A stretch of 64,000 nucleotides of DNA from Eledone cirrhosa. Taxonomy: Eukaryota. Below, in pieces: positions 63,192 to 64,000 of this stretch (its first letter is position 1; each line of letters opens with the position of its first letter). The notes below the pieces were generated by a model. The model saw only the letters and a list, made by a program, of their open reading frames with translations, had not been told where the DNA came from and did not search any database. The position numbers and the translations under genes were made by a program. Location of the stretch: positions 1 through 64,000 of the forward strand of contig CAXHJY010001625.1 in the NCBI GenBank assembly GCA_964016885.1, in the 5' to 3' direction.

Positions 63192-63902
63192 CAGTGGAAC
63201 CTCAATTCACGAACTTAATTTGTTCTTGAAGGTCATTCGTTACCTGAAATGTTCATAAAGCAAAACTATTTTTCCCATACGAAATGTTGAGAGAGAAATA
63301 CATTGAGAGAGAGACACAGACAGAGATTGTGTGTGGAAGACAGATAGATATCATCATAGAAACTAACTACAGAGCAAGTGACACTTTCCTGCCGGGACTC
63401 CCAGCTTGTCGCCAGTGGATTGGCAGTATTGGTAGAGGGTCGGACACCATGTTTGCAGCAAAGAATTACAGCCCTTTATGGTCTGAGTTCAAATCCCGCC
63501 GAGGTTAACTTTGCCTTTCATCCTTACGGGGTCGATAAAATAAAGAACCAGTAATACACTGGGATAATTGCTGGCCTTGTGCCAAAAGTAGAAACAATTA
63601 TTACCAGCTTGTGGATTGGCAGTATCGGTAGAGGGTCTGACGCCATGCTTTGCAGCAAAGAGCTACGGCCCTTTATGGTCTGAGTTCAAATCCCGCCAAG
63701 GTTAACTTTGCCTTTCATCCTTACGGGGGTCGATAAAATAAAGTACCACTAATGTATTGGGCCTTGTGCCAAAAGTAGAAACAATTATTACCGGCTTGCG
63801 TGTTTGTTACTCAAAGCACCATTCATCACCCGAGACATTTTATGTTTGGATGTGAACCAATTTGTTCATGATGAGAGGCGTTCATGAACCAATATTCCAC
63901 TG
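63192..63902. mobile_element. Tigger/pogo-like non-autonomous DNA transposon carrying two SINEs
   Basis: TA|CAGTGGAA ... TTCCACTG|TA with internal GTTC.T repeats. Confidence 0.8.
63412..63790 (+). mobile_element. Two tandem family A short-form SINEs
   Basis: Units at ~63412-63603 and ~63611-63790, bracketed by CC(A/G)GCTTG three times. Confidence 0.92.
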
Positions 63903-64000
63903 TATTCTGGAACAGTGTTATGATGACATTTTCTCTCGTCATATTTAGATTGATTACTATTTATAGTTTAAAGTGATCTATTATTTACTAGATTAATAAT

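Overview
Gene-poor, repeat-saturated eukaryotic DNA. The SINE, LINE and microsatellite repertoire resembles an octopod cephalopod genome (inferred from recalled repeat families, not from a search). Bases 1 to ~15.2 kb are one array of a 31-bp, almost C-free, GATA-rich satellite with higher-order structure. The rest is a mosaic: a 5'-truncated RTE-clade LINE (EN-RT with an internal PHD-type Zn finger), a CR1-clade LINE, an R4/Dong-like relic, more than 20 tRNA-derived SINE copies, MITEs (piggyBac-, pogo/Tigger- and mariner-like), and mini- and microsatellites. No intact host protein-coding gene is recognisable; there is one well-formed 55-nt exon with stops in all three frames. The most unusual signals are several type I hammerhead-ribozyme-like relics of Penelope/retrozyme style, and a set of fold-back palindromes built from retroelement ends, one of which folds back at an apparent hammerhead stem II. 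Boundaries of degraded repeats are approximate.
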